This document shows positions 46,238 through 58,035 of a stretch of 64,000 nucleotides of DNA, piece after piece (position 1 is the stretch's first letter; each line of letters begins with the position of its first letter). Origin of the DNA: an uncultured Alphaproteobacteria bacterium (lineage in GTDB: Bacteria; Pseudomonadota; Alphaproteobacteria; Sphingomonadales; Sphingomonadaceae); the NCBI GenBank assembly GCA_963844225.1, contig CAWJNG010000008.1, positions 78,837 through 142,836 on the forward strand. The letters run 5' to 3'. The notes under the pieces were generated by a model. That model was not told the DNA's origin. It saw only the letters and a program-made list of their open reading frames with translations, and searched no databases. Position numbers and translations under genes: made by a program.

Positions 46238-47215
46238 CTAGAGGCGCGGCAAGATCCGCGCCTCATAGCGCAAATAATTCATGCCTTGTTGCATCGTCCG
46301 TCGCAAAGTCCGTAGCGGTCTCGCATAGGCAACGCGGATCTTGCCGGGCCGGCGCGGCGCTTCGGGTAGGTCTGCAAACCCACCGCTGTGAATGCGAGGG
46401 TCGTTGGCCACGGTCGCGCATAAGTCCTCCAGCCGCTGGTCAAGTAGCGGATTAGGAATGCTGCGGTCGCGGCTGAGCAGTTCAAAGCTGTGGCTGAACG
46501 CCGAAAACTGGATCGCGCCTGACGCGGCTGCATGGTCGAGTGCGTCGCGCATCTCTTCTTCGGACATCGCGCACAGCTGCGCCGGGCGAAAGCTGGCACT
46601 GCGGTCCATCAACCCGCTGATCGGAATTTCACAAACCCCTTGATGTATGCGGACGCCTAAATTGGTCGGGTCGAGCGACAAATTGCATCCTTGATCAATA
46701 TAGGCGCGGTTGAAACTGCTGTCATATTCGAAATCAAGCGCAGCGAGCGCGCGCAACGTATCGTCATTGGCTCCGAAATTACCGGCTCGAAACGCAATCG
46801 GCTCGGGAGCGCCAGCCGCGATCAGCAGCTTGCGCGCGTGCCAGATCAGTTCGCGCTGCGCCTCTAGTGGAAAGTCGCCAATATTGCGTCCCTCCAATGG
46901 TGCGATCGGATTGGATTTAGCATAGGCCAGCCATTCGGTGTGGATATGGAGTTGGACCTCATGGCCACGTTCGACGATGGGTTCGACCATGTCGGCAATG
47001 ATAGCGGGACCATAAACCATCGCGGGCATTGGATCGACGAAAAATACTCCGGTCAACCCATGATTTTCGAGCCGATCCATCTGGTGATGAATACCATATT
47101 CGCCTTCTTCGCACCGCGCCAGAACCGAGCTTTCAAAATTGGCGCGCGCGTCGGCGCCCTGTTGATACAGGCGCGGCGACAGCTCGGTATCGAAACTGAT
47201 GATCAACTGGGTCAT
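46238..47215 (-). CDS. polysaccharide deacetylase (CE4/NodB-like) family protein
   Basis: 325 aa. ISFDTE, HEVQLHIHTEW and AFRAGNFG resemble the NodB motifs. This is a weaker call. Confidence 0.6.
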   Translation of the reverse strand: MTQLIISFDTELSPRLYQQGADARANFESSVLARCEEGEYGIHHQMDRLENHGLTGVFFVDPMPAMVYGPAIIADMVEPIVERGHEVQLHIHTEWLAYAKSNPIAPLEGRNIGDFPLEAQRELIWHARKLLIAAGAPEPIAFRAGNFGANDDTLRALAALDFEYDSSFNRAYIDQGCNLSLDPTNLGVRIHQGVCEIPISGLMDRSASFRPAQLCAMSEEEMRDALDHAAASGAIQFSAFSHSFELLSRDRSIPNPLLDQRLEDLCATVANDPRIHSGGFADLPEAPRRPGKIRVAYARPLRTLRRTMQQGMNYLRYEARILPRL

Positions 47216-47272
47216 CGGCGCAGCCTAATGTGGCGGCGATAACCATTGGTAAAGACTGTTAGTATCGCAGCG

Positions 47273-49095
<1,823 letters not shown>

Positions 49096-49102
49096 TCCCT
49101 GT

Positions 49103-49122
49103 GCCCCTGCGAAAGCAGGGGC
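49103..49122 (+). terminator. stem-loop just after mdh (weak terminator or attenuator)
   Basis: GCCCCTGC-GAAA-GCAGGGGC perfect 8-bp stem with a GNRA loop. The downstream tract is only CCATCATTT. Confidence 0.4.
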
Positions 49123-49218
49123 CCATCATTTGCGCTCGCGAAACACTATGGCGCGTGATGCCTATATCTGGAGATGGATCCCTGCCATCTCAGGGGCACG
49201 AGAAACGGAACGGAACGC

Positions 49219-50109
49219 ATGAGCATCCTCATCGACAAGAACACCAAGGTCATTACGCAAGGCATGACCGGTGCCACCGGCACATTCCACACCGAACAGG
49301 CGCTGGCCTATGGCACGCAAATGGTCGGCGGCGTGACGCCAGGCAAGGGCGGGACGGTCCACATCGGGCTGCCGAACTTCAATACCGTTGAAGAAGCGAA
49401 GGTCGCGACCGGCGCGACCGCCAGCTGCATCTATGTGCCGCCGCCGTTCGCCGCCGATTCGATCCTCGAGGCGATTGACGCGGAAATGGAACTGATTGTC
49501 TGCATCACCGAAGGTATCCCAGTGCTCGACATGGTCAAGGTCAAGCGCGCGCTTTCGGGGTCGAAATCGCGGCTGATCGGTCCCAACTGCCCTGGCGTGC
49601 TAACCCCCGATGAGTGCAAGATCGGCATCATGCCCGGCAGCATTTTCAAGAAGGGCAGCGTCGGCGTTGTCTCGCGTTCGGGCACGCTGACCTATGAAGC
49701 GGTGTTCCAGACAACAAATGTCGGGCTTGGGCAGACCACGGCAGTCGGCATCGGTGGTGACCCTATCAACGGTACCAATTTCATCGATTGTCTCGAGTTG
49801 TTTCTAGGTGACGATGACACCAAATCAATCATCATGATCGGCGAAATCGGTGGCGATGCCGAAGAACAAGCCGCGCAATTCTTGATCGACGAAGCCAAGC
49901 GCGGCCGCAAGAAGCCGACGGTCGGCTTTATAGCCGGACGCACCGCTCCTCCAGGCCGCCGCATGGGACATGCGGGTGCGATTGTGTCGGGCGGCAAGGG
50001 CGATGCAGATAGCAAAATCGCTGCAATGGAAGCTGCCGGCATCACTGTTTCAGCCAGCCCATCTGAACTTGGGACCACATTGGTCGAGGTGCTCAAGGAA
50101 CGCGTGTAA
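49219..50109 (+). CDS. sucD: succinyl-CoA synthetase alpha subunit
   Basis: [45 protein letters not shown]. Phosphohistidine context MGHAGAI. Confidence 0.95.
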   Translation: MSILIDKNTKVITQGMTGATGTFHTEQALAYGTQMVGGVTPGKGGTVHIGLPNFNTVEEAKVATGATASCIYVPPPFAADSILEAIDAEMELIVCITEGIPVLDMVKVKRALSGSKSRLIGPNCPGVLTPDECKIGIMPGSIFKKGSVGVVSRSGTLTYEAVFQTTNVGLGQTTAVGIGGDPINGTNFIDCLELFLGDDDTKSIIMIGEIGGDAEEQAAQFLIDEAKRGRKKPTVGFIAGRTAPPGRRMGHAGAIVSGGKGDADSKIAAMEAAGITVSASPSELGTTLVEVLKERV

Positions 50110-50115
50110 TGAAAC

Positions 50116-50147
50116 CGCCCGGCAGCAACAGCTGTTGCCGCCGGGCG
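50116..50147 (+). other. near-perfect 14-bp-arm palindrome between sucD and sucA
   Basis: CGCCCGGCAGCAAC-AGCT-GTTGCCGCCGGGCG with one mismatch and no U tract. Confidence 0.4.
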
Positions 50148-50197
50148 TTCATGTCTTGCCCCTTCCCGGGCCATTCGCTGTGTGAGTGGAATAAAAA

Positions 50198-53005
50198 ATG
50201 ACCCTCGAACGACAAGCTTTTGATTTGGACGAAGTGCAGGCGGGGCCAAGTTGGGCGACGCCGGGTTGGCCGCTGATCGACAGCGATGACTGGACGGCGG
50301 CGCTGGATCCGCAGCAAATGCAGGTCGCGGTTAAGGCCGCCGCGACCAAGGCCGGCGCAACGCTGAGCGATGCTGAGGTCGAGCGCGCGGCGGTGGATTC
50401 GATTCAGGCGCTGATGCTGATCCGCACCTATCGCGTGCGCGGTCATCTAGCGGCACGGCTCGATCCCTTGGGTTTGAGCAAGCACGAAATTCCGCCGGAC
50501 TTGACCCCCGAATATCACGGTTTTGTCGGTGCGGATCAGGACCGGCCTGTCTATATGGGAGGAACGCTAGGGCTGGAAAAAGCCAGCGTGCGCGAAGTCG
50601 TGGCCATCTTACAGGCCAATTATTGCGGGCACGTCGGCCTCGAGTATATGCATATCGCCGATGTCGACGAACGCCGTTTCCTGCAGGAGCGGATGGAGGG
50701 CGCCGACAAGCGCGTCGAATTCAGTCCCGAAGGCAAAAAGGCGATCCTCAAAAAGGTGATCGAGGCCGAGGAGTGGGAGAAATTCCTCGCCAAGAAATAT
50801 GTCGGAACAAAGCGCTTCGGTCTCGATGGCGGCGAAGCGATGATTCCAGCGATGGAATCGATCATCAAATATGGCGGCCAATATGGCGTCCGCGAAATCG
50901 TTTATGGCATGGCGCATCGCGGGCGGTTGAACATGCTCGCCAATGTGATGGCCAAACCTTATCGAGTCATCTTCCATGAATTTTCTGGTGGTTCCGCCAA
51001 TCCGCAGGATGTGGGCGGGTCGGGTGACGTTAAATATCACCTCGGCACCTCGACCGACCGCGAATTCGACGGGATCAGTGTCCATATGTCGCTCGTCCCC
51101 AATCCCTCGCATCTTGAGGCGGTCGACCCCGTCGTGCTTGGCAAGGCACGCGCACAGCAGGTTCACCGCGACGATCTGGAAAAGCATGAGCAGGTGCTGC
51201 CCGTGCTTATTCACGGTGACGCGGCCTTTGCGGGGCAAGGTATTGTTTGGGAGTGCCTCGGCTTCTCTGGTGTCCCCGGTTATAATACCGGCGGCTGCAT
51301 CCATTTCATCGTCAACAATCAGATAGGCTTTACCACCAGCCCGCAATTTGCGCGCTCGTCGCCCTATCCCAGCGACGTGGCCAAAGGTGTTCAGGCGCCA
51401 ATCCTTCACGTCAATGGCGATGATCCCGAAGCGGTGACTTTTGCATGTAAACTGGCGATCGATTTCCGTCAGAAGTTCAAGCGCGATATCGTGATCGATA
51501 TGTGGTGCTATCGCCGCTTTGGACACAACGAAGGCGATGAGCCGAGCTTTACCCAGCCGCTGATGTACAAGGTCATTCGCCAGCATCCGCCGGTCAGTGA
51601 GATTTTCGGATCGCGCCTCGTTAGCGAAAATATGATCGAAGACGGGTTCGTCGCGGCACACCGCGCCGAATTCACCGATCATCTCGAAAGCGAATTCAAA
51701 CTGGGGGCGAATTATAAGCCCAACAAGGCCGACTGGTTCGCCGGGCGCTGGTCGGGCCTTTATGCACCCAAAGAAGATGGCAGCACCCGCCGCAATGTCG
51801 ATACAGGCGTCGAACGCAAATTGTTCGACGCCGTGGGACGAACCATTACCACGATCCCGGATGATCTGGATGCGCACAAAACCCTGCACCGCGTCATCGA
51901 TGCGCGAGCCGATATGGTCAAATCGGGAGAGAAGTTCGATTGGGCAACCGGCGAGGCGCTGGCGTTCGGCACCCTGCTGAGCGAAGGCTATCAGGTCCGC
52001 TTGTCGGGTCAGGATTCGGGGCGCGGCACCTTTAGCCAACGTCATGCCGTGTGGGTCGACCAGACCAATGAGCGGAAATATATTCCGCTGGCGACACTGC
52101 CCCATGGCCGGTTCGAAGTGCTCGACAGCCCGCTTTCGGAATATGGCGTGCTCGGCTTTGAATATGGTTATGCGATGGCCGATCCGACCTCGCTGGTGCT
52201 GTGGGAAGCGCAATTTGGTGATTTCGCCAATGGCGCGCAGATCATGATCGACCAGTTCATCGCTAGCGGAGAGGCCAAGTGGTTGCGCGCCAACGGGCTC
52301 GTGCTGCTGCTTCCGCATGGATATGAAGGGCAGGGGCCAGAACATAGTTCCGCGCGGTTGGAGCGTTTCCTGCAACTTTGCGCGGGCGACAATATTCAAG
52401 TGTGCAACATCACGACTCCGGCCAATTATTTCCACGTATTGCGCCGACAGATGCTGCGTGATTTCCGCAAGCCACTGATCATCATGACCCCCAAGTCGCT
52501 GCTCCGCCACAAGCTCGCGGTCAGCAAGCGCGATGATTTTCTGGGCGACAGCCACTTCCGGCGCATCTTGTCGGATATGACTCCGCCTGCCGATGCCAAG
52601 ATAAAACGGCTGGTGCTTTGTTCGGGCAAGGTCGCCTATGACCTGATGGAGGCACGCGACACCGCCGAGCTGGACGATGTGAGCGTTGTCCGGATTGAGC
52701 AGCTTTATCCCTTCCCAGGCGAGGCGCTGGCAGTCCGGCTCAAGCGGATGAAGAATCTTGAAGAGGTGGTCTGGGCGCAGGAAGAACCAAAGAATAACGG
52801 GAGTTGGTTCCACGTTGAATCGTTGATCGAGGAAAGTCTCGAAGCAGCTGGGCATGCCGAATTGCGGCCACGCTACGCCGGGCGCGCGGCGGCAGCGTCG
52901 CCCGCGACGGGGCTGATGAGCCGTCACCAGACCGAACAGGCAGCCTTAGTCGCCGACGCGCTAGGACTGAGCGTGCGCGCAGAAATTCGGCGGAAGAAGA
53001 AATAG
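50198..53005 (+). CDS. sucA: 2-oxoglutarate dehydrogenase E1 component
   Basis: 935 aa. ThDP-binding and transketolase-like regions (..[13 protein letters not shown].., ..[10 protein letters not shown]..). Confidence 0.95.
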   Translation: MTLERQAFDLDEVQAGPSWATPGWPLIDSDDWTAALDPQQMQVAVKAAATKAGATLSDAEVERAAVDSIQALMLIRTYRVRGHLAARLDPLGLSKHEIPPDLTPEYHGFVGADQDRPVYMGGTLGLEKASVREVVAILQANYCGHVGLEYMHIADVDERRFLQERMEGADKRVEFSPEGKKAILKKVIEAEEWEKFLAKKYVGTKRFGLDGGEAMIPAMESIIKYGGQYGVREIVYGMAHRGRLNMLANVMAKPYRVIFHEFSGGSANPQDVGGSGDVKYHLGTSTDREFDGISVHMSLVPNPSHLEAVDPVVLGKARAQQVHRDDLEKHEQVLPVLIHGDAAFAGQGIVWECLGFSGVPGYNTGGCIHFIVNNQIGFTTSPQFARSSPYPSDVAKGVQAPILHVNGDDPEAVTFACKLAIDFRQKFKRDIVIDMWCYRRFGHNEGDEPSFTQPLMYKVIRQHPPVSEIFGSRLVSENMIEDGFVAAHRAEFTDHLESEFKLGANYKPNKADWFAGRWSGLYAPKEDGSTRRNVDTGVERKLFDAVGRTITTIPDDLDAHKTLHRVIDARADMVKSGEKFDWATGEALAFGTLLSEGYQVRLSGQDSGRGTFSQRHAVWVDQTNERKYIPLATLPHGRFEVLDSPLSEYGVLGFEYGYAMADPTSLVLWEAQFGDFANGAQIMIDQFIASGEAKWLRANGLVLLLPHGYEGQGPEHSSARLERFLQLCAGDNIQVCNITTPANYFHVLRRQMLRDFRKPLIIMTPKSLLRHKLAVSKRDDFLGDSHFRRILSDMTPPADAKIKRLVLCSGKVAYDLMEARDTAELDDVSVVRIEQLYPFPGEALAVRLKRMKNLEEVVWAQEEPKNNGSWFHVESLIEESLEAAGHAELRPRYAGRAAAASPATGLMSRHQTEQAALVADALGLSVRAEIRRKKK

Positions 53006-53049
53006 ACCTTATGTCCTTGCTATCGCGGGAACGGATGAGAGAAGAAGTT

Positions 53050-54303
53050 ATGAGCAGCGAAGTCAAAGTCCCCACATTGGGCGAAAGCGTAAGCGAAGCG
53101 ACCATCGGCGAGTGGCTGAAAAAGCCGGGCGATGCGGTGGCGGTTGATGAGCCTATCGCCAGCCTGGAAACCGACAAGGTGGCGGTTGAGGTTTTGGCGA
53201 CTAGTGCCGGTGTGATGGGCAAGCAGCTCGCAGCCGAAGGTGACACAGTCGCCGTCGGCGCCGTCATTGCGACGGTCGAGGACGGCAGCGCCGGAGCAGC
53301 AGCTGCTGCTGCGCCAGCCCCCGCACCGGCACCCGCACCGGCACCCGCGGCAAAGGCTGAGTCTGCCCCCGCACCAGCGGCCGCGTCGAGCGATGTCCAT
53401 GACGGTGTCACGACCCTCTCTCCAGCGGTGCGCCGTCTGGTGCTCGAGCATGGTCTGGACCCCAGCAAGATCAAGGGAAGCGGCAAGGACGGCCGACTGA
53501 CCAAAGAAGATGTGCTCGCCGCCGCCAATAGCGCGCCCGACAATGCCGCCCCTGCATCTGCACCTGCCCCCTCGGCAGCGCCTGCCGCAAGCGGCGGGCC
53601 AGCGCGTCGCGAGGAACGGGTCAAAATGACGCGGATGCGTCAAACCATCGCCAAGCGGCTGAAATCGGCGCAGGATACCGCCGCAATGCTGACCACGTTC
53701 AACGACGTCGATATGACGGCGGTGATCGAGGCGCGGACCAAATATAAGGATTTATTTGCAAAAAAGCATGACGTCCGGCTGGGCTTCATGGGCTTTTTTA
53801 CCAAAGCAGCCTGCTTGGCGCTAAAGGATATTCCCTCGGTCAATGGTCAGATCGACGGCGAAGAGATCGTCTATTTTGATTATGTCGATGTGTCGGTTGC
53901 GGTCAGTGGCCCTAACGGATTGCTCGTCCCCGTAATCCGGAACGCCGAAAGCCTGTCCTTTGCTGGCATTGAAAAGACGATCGGCGATTTTGGCAAGCGC
54001 GCCAAAGAAGGCTCGATGACGATGGCGGATATGACCGGCGGCACTTTTACCATCAGCAATGGCGGCGTGTTCGGATCGCTGATGTCGACCCCGATCATCA
54101 ATCCGCCGCAGTCGGCAGTACTCGGCCTTCACCGCATCGAGGACCGCGCGGTGGTAGTGAATGGCGAAATCGTCATACGCCCGATGATGTATCTTGCGCT
54201 CAGCTATGACCATCGCCTGATCGATGGTCGCGAAGCGGTGACCTTCCTGAAAATCATCAAAGAAGCGATTGAGGATCCGACGCGTCTGTTGATCGATATG
54301 TGA
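53050..54303 (+). CDS. sucB: dihydrolipoamide succinyltransferase E2 component
   Basis: Lipoyl domain [26 protein letters not shown], Ala/Pro linker, catalytic DHRLIDG. Confidence 0.95.
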   Translation: MSSEVKVPTLGESVSEATIGEWLKKPGDAVAVDEPIASLETDKVAVEVLATSAGVMGKQLAAEGDTVAVGAVIATVEDGSAGAAAAAAPAPAPAPAPAPAAKAESAPAPAAASSDVHDGVTTLSPAVRRLVLEHGLDPSKIKGSGKDGRLTKEDVLAAANSAPDNAAPASAPAPSAAPAASGGPARREERVKMTRMRQTIAKRLKSAQDTAAMLTTFNDVDMTAVIEARTKYKDLFAKKHDVRLGFMGFFTKAACLALKDIPSVNGQIDGEEIVYFDYVDVSVAVSGPNGLLVPVIRNAESLSFAGIEKTIGDFGKRAKEGSMTMADMTGGTFTISNGGVFGSLMSTPIINPPQSAVLGLHRIEDRAVVVNGEIVIRPMMYLALSYDHRLIDGREAVTFLKIIKEAIEDPTRLLIDM

Positions 54304-54346
54304 TTCCGCCTTCGCGGTAATGTCCGGGGGGTGAATGGAGTAGATT

Positions 54347-55744
54347 ATGGCTGACTATGATTATGACGTCCTGATAATTGGGTCCGGTCCCGGCGGCTAT
54401 GTCGCGGCGATCCGTGCAGCGCAATTGGGGTTGAAAACCGCTTGCGCCGAGGGGCGTGAGACGCTGGGCGGCACTTGCCTCAACGTCGGCTGTATACCGT
54501 CGAAGGCGATGCTTCATGCGTCGGAATATTTCGACGTCGCGGCGAACGGTACGATGGCGTCGATGGGCATCAAGGTTAAGCCAGAGCTCGACCTGCCCGT
54601 GATGCACGGTCAGCGTCTGGACGCGGTCAAAAGTCTGACCGGCGGGATCGCGTTTCTGTTTAAAAAGAACAAGGTCGACTGGCTTAAGGGCTATGCGAAA
54701 TTTACGAGCCCTGACACGGTCGAGGTTGCGGGCAAAGCTGTGCGCGCCAAGAATATCATCATCGCCACGGGCTCGTCGGTGACGCCGCTTCCCGGTGTTG
54801 ACGTTGATAATGACAAGCAGATCATCGTCGATTCCACCGGCGCGCTCGAGCTTGCCAAGGTTCCAGAGCATATGGTGGTGATCGGCGGCGGTGTTATCGG
54901 GCTGGAACTGGGTAGTGTGTGGCGGCGGCTTGGTGCGAAAGTAACCTGCGTCGAATTTCTCGACCAGATTTTGCCCGGCATGGACGGTGACGTTCGCAAG
55001 GAAGCCAACAAGATCTTTAAAAAGCAGGGCATTGAGTTCAAGCTCAAGACCAAAGTTACCAAGGCCCAAGTCAAGGGCAAGAAGGCCGTGCTGACACTGG
55101 AGCCTGCCGCAGGCGGTGACACCGAGACGCTGGAGGCCGATGTCGTTCTTGTGTCGATCGGGCGTAGGCCAAACACCGATGGCCTAGGTCTCGATAAGAC
55201 CGGGCTGGAGGTCAACCAGCGCGGTCAGATTGAAACCGATCATGAGTTTCGCACCAAAATCGAAGGCATATGGGCGATTGGCGACGTCATTCCCGGCCCG
55301 ATGCTTGCGCATAAAGCCGAGGATGAGGGCATCGCCTGCGCCGAAAATATTGCCGGACAGACGGGCATTGTGAACCATGATGTCATCCCGTCGGTCGTTT
55401 ACACGATGCCCGAAATCGCCGGGGTAGGGCTGACCGAAGAACAGGCCAAAGAGCGCGGCGAGATCAAGGTCGGGAAATTCCCGATGCTGGCGAACAGCCG
55501 TGCCAAGACCAATCACGAACCCGATGGCTTTGTAAAAGTGATTGCCGATGCCAAGAGCGACCGTGTGCTCGGCGTCTGGTGCATCGCCAGTGTCGCCGGC
55601 ACCATGATCGCTCAGGCCGCGCAAGCAATGGAATTTGGCGCGACCAGCGAAGACATCGCATATACTTGCCACGCCCACCCGACGCACAGCGAGGCGGTCA
55701 AGGAAGCCGCCATGGCGGTGACGGGCAAGCCCATCCACATCTGA
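54347..55744 (+). CDS. lpdA: dihydrolipoyl dehydrogenase (E3)
   Basis: FAD motif IIGSGPGGY, redox-active GGTCLNVGCIPSK, C-terminal HAHPT.SE. Confidence 0.95.
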   Translation: MADYDYDVLIIGSGPGGYVAAIRAAQLGLKTACAEGRETLGGTCLNVGCIPSKAMLHASEYFDVAANGTMASMGIKVKPELDLPVMHGQRLDAVKSLTGGIAFLFKKNKVDWLKGYAKFTSPDTVEVAGKAVRAKNIIIATGSSVTPLPGVDVDNDKQIIVDSTGALELAKVPEHMVVIGGGVIGLELGSVWRRLGAKVTCVEFLDQILPGMDGDVRKEANKIFKKQGIEFKLKTKVTKAQVKGKKAVLTLEPAAGGDTETLEADVVLVSIGRRPNTDGLGLDKTGLEVNQRGQIETDHEFRTKIEGIWAIGDVIPGPMLAHKAEDEGIACAENIAGQTGIVNHDVIPSVVYTMPEIAGVGLTEEQAKERGEIKVGKFPMLANSRAKTNHEPDGFVKVIADAKSDRVLGVWCIASVAGTMIAQAAQAMEFGATSEDIAYTCHAHPTHSEAVKEAAMAVTGKPIHI

Positions 55745-55745
55745 G

Positions 55746-56393
55746 ATGATCGCTGACATTCTGGGTGTCGACAATGCATTGCTGATTCGGCTGCTCGATC
55801 TTGCAGGCATTTCGATCTTTGCACTGACCGGCGCTTTGATGGCGGTGCGCTTGCGACAGACACTGGTGACGGCGAGCTTCTTTGCACTGATCACGGGCGT
55901 TGGCGGCGGCAGCGTTCGCGATCTGCTCATTGGTGCGCCCGTATTCTGGGTGCAGGATGGCGCAATTGCCGCGGTGTGTATCGCAATTGCGCTGCTCGTC
56001 TGGATCACGCCCGAGCGCTGGTGGCATGGCCGGCTAATGGAATGGGCCGACGCGCTAGGACTTGCGGCGTACAGCGTGTTCGGGACGGCCAAGGCAATCG
56101 CCTGGGGCGTGCCGCCGGTCCCTGCCTTGCTGATGGGCGTGATTACCGGCTGCGTCGGAGGGATCATCCGCGACATGATGGCTGGTGTGCCGTCGATAAT
56201 CGTGCGGCCCGAACTCTATGTGACGGCAGGAGCGCTCGCGTCGGGGCTTTATGTGCTGCTTTTGTGGATGGGGCTTGCAACCGGCGTGGCGGCGATCCTG
56301 GCAGCGGTTGCCGGCTTTGCCTTGCGCGCGGCGGCAATCCGCTGGCAGTTGGCGCTTCCCGTCTATCGCGGCGGAAAGGCTGGCAGAGACTGA
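55746..56393 (+). CDS. UPF0126 / TRIC-type cation channel family membrane protein
   Basis: 215 aa. Two internal repeats with DLAGISIFALTGALMAV and GGGSVRDLL / GGIIRDMM. Confidence 0.8.
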   Translation: MIADILGVDNALLIRLLDLAGISIFALTGALMAVRLRQTLVTASFFALITGVGGGSVRDLLIGAPVFWVQDGAIAAVCIAIALLVWITPERWWHGRLMEWADALGLAAYSVFGTAKAIAWGVPPVPALLMGVITGCVGGIIRDMMAGVPSIIVRPELYVTAGALASGLYVLLLWMGLATGVAAILAAVAGFALRAAAIRWQLALPVYRGGKAGRD

Positions 56394-56440
56394 GCTGCTG
56401 TGTCAGTTAGAGTGATGATCGCAACAGGAGAGCGGACCCA

Positions 56441-57343
56441 ATGACAACAGCCAGCGCCACGGCCAACGGAATTTCGATAACCTATGAGGACAAGGGTCCG
56501 CGCGACGCGCCGGTGATCCTTCTTGTCATGGGACTGGGCGGGCAGTTGACGCTGTGGCCCGACGAATTTGTCGATGCACTGGTCGCGCATGGATTTCGCA
56601 CCATCCGTTATGACAATCGCGATGTTGGCCTGTCGACGCGATTCGATGCGGCGGGGGTGCCCAATATCAAATGGATGTTCGTCAAAGCGCTAGTCGGGCT
56701 CAAACCGCGTAGTGCCTATAGTCTCACGGACATGGCCGCCGATGGCATTGCGCTGCTCGATGAACTGGGCGTCGAGCGCGCGCATATTGTCGGAGCATCG
56801 ATGGGCGGGATGATCGCTCAGCATATTGCTGCCCGCTATCCGCAGCGGGTGCTGTCGCTGACCTCGGTTATGTCGACGACCGGCAACCGCCGCCTTCCGA
56901 GTGGCAGCAAGGAGGCGATGCGCGTTTTATCCAACCGCCCGTCGAGTGGCGACAAGGAAGATATGGTCGCCTATTCGGTGCGCGCGGCGCGGGTGATCGG
57001 CAGCCCCGCCTATCCCGCCGAAGAAGAGCGCTTACAGCGACGTGTCCGCAGCGATTATGAACGCGGCTGGTACCCGCAAGGTGTTGCGCGGCAAATGGCG
57101 GCAATTGTCGCCGATGGTGACCGGCGCATGATGCTGAAAAACATCAGCGCCCCGACGCTTGTCATACATGGCGAAGCCGACCCGTTGGTGCCGGTAGAGG
57201 GCGGCCGTGATACCGCTGCCAATATCCCCGGCGCTGAATTGCTGCTCATCCCCGGCATGGGGCATGATCTGCCCCTGGCGCTGGTCGACACGCTTGCTGA
57301 CGCGATTGCCTGTCATGCAAAGGCGATTGCAGTACCGGCATGA
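56441..57343 (+). CDS. alpha/beta hydrolase
   Basis: 300 aa. Nucleophile elbow GASMGGMIA and catalytic GMGHDLP near the C-terminus. Confidence 0.8.
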   Translation: MTTASATANGISITYEDKGPRDAPVILLVMGLGGQLTLWPDEFVDALVAHGFRTIRYDNRDVGLSTRFDAAGVPNIKWMFVKALVGLKPRSAYSLTDMAADGIALLDELGVERAHIVGASMGGMIAQHIAARYPQRVLSLTSVMSTTGNRRLPSGSKEAMRVLSNRPSSGDKEDMVAYSVRAARVIGSPAYPAEEERLQRRVRSDYERGWYPQGVARQMAAIVADGDRRMMLKNISAPTLVIHGEADPLVPVEGGRDTAANIPGAELLLIPGMGHDLPLALVDTLADAIACHAKAIAVPA

Positions 57344-58035
57344 ACTGGTCGCGACTGGGAACCCGCGCCAAGCTGATGAAGCTCCACATCTGGCTCGGCT
57401 GGCTCGTTGGCGTTCCGATCATATTGTGGACCTTGTCGGGGCTGATCATGGTGATCAAGCCGATCGAGGAGGTGCGCGGAAGCGAATTGCGTAGCGCGCC
57501 GATGGACGTGCCCGCCAACCTTGTGGCGACACCGCCGCAATTTGATGGGCGCCCTGTCGCCGGGCTTCGACTGGAAATGCGCGGTGACCGACCGGTATGG
57601 CTGATACGCTTTAGCGATAAGGACAGTCGCGCTGCCGATGCCCGAACTGGCGCACTATTGCCTCCCGTGTCAGCTGCCGATGCGCGGTCAATTGCCGATG
57701 CGGCGCTGAAATCGCCGGGACGGATTCTCTCTGTTCGGCGCTTTTCGCGCGACGCCAACCCGCTTGAGCTACGGCGGGGGCGCCCGGCGTGGCAGATCGT
57801 CTATGCCGATGGCATTCATGCCTATGTCGATGCCGACACGGGCGAGTTTTTGGCGCTGCGGACGCGGTTCTGGCGCGCTTATGACGTCTTTTGGGGTCTG
57901 CACATCATGGATTTGCAGGAGCGCGAAGACACGCACCATCCGCTGTTGATCGGTTTTGCGGGCTTCAGCCTGTTGATGGCGACGCTCGGCTTTGTGATGC
58001 TGTTTGTGCGTCAGCGCAAACGACGAAAAACCTAG
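57340..58035 (+). CDS. PepSY-associated TM-helix protein
   Basis: The ATG overlaps the preceding stop (ATGA). N-terminal KLHIWLGWLVGVPIILWTLSGLIMV and a C-terminal TM helix. Confidence 0.65.
   Translation: MNWSRLGTRAKLMKLHIWLGWLVGVPIILWTLSGLIMVIKPIEEVRGSELRSAPMDVPANLVATPPQFDGRPVAGLRLEMRGDRPVWLIRFSDKDSRAADARTGALLPPVSAADARSIADAALKSPGRILSVRRFSRDANPLELRRGRPAWQIVYADGIHAYVDADTGEFLALRTRFWRAYDVFWGLHIMDLQEREDTHHPLLIGFAGFSLLMATLGFVMLFVRQRKRRKT

Noticed and set aside
50609-52927. 772-aa ORF antisense to sucA. Similar long antisense ORFs lie at 19822..21081, 43665..44756, 45024..46004, 27392..28411, 14576..15478, 55184..56176 and 52740..53624.
   Set aside because: All lie opposite genes with unmistakable family motifs. 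Their translations are Arg/Ala/Gly/Pro-rich and low in complexity with no recognisable domains. These are classic shadow ORFs of high-GC DNA, where stop codons are rare on the antisense strand.
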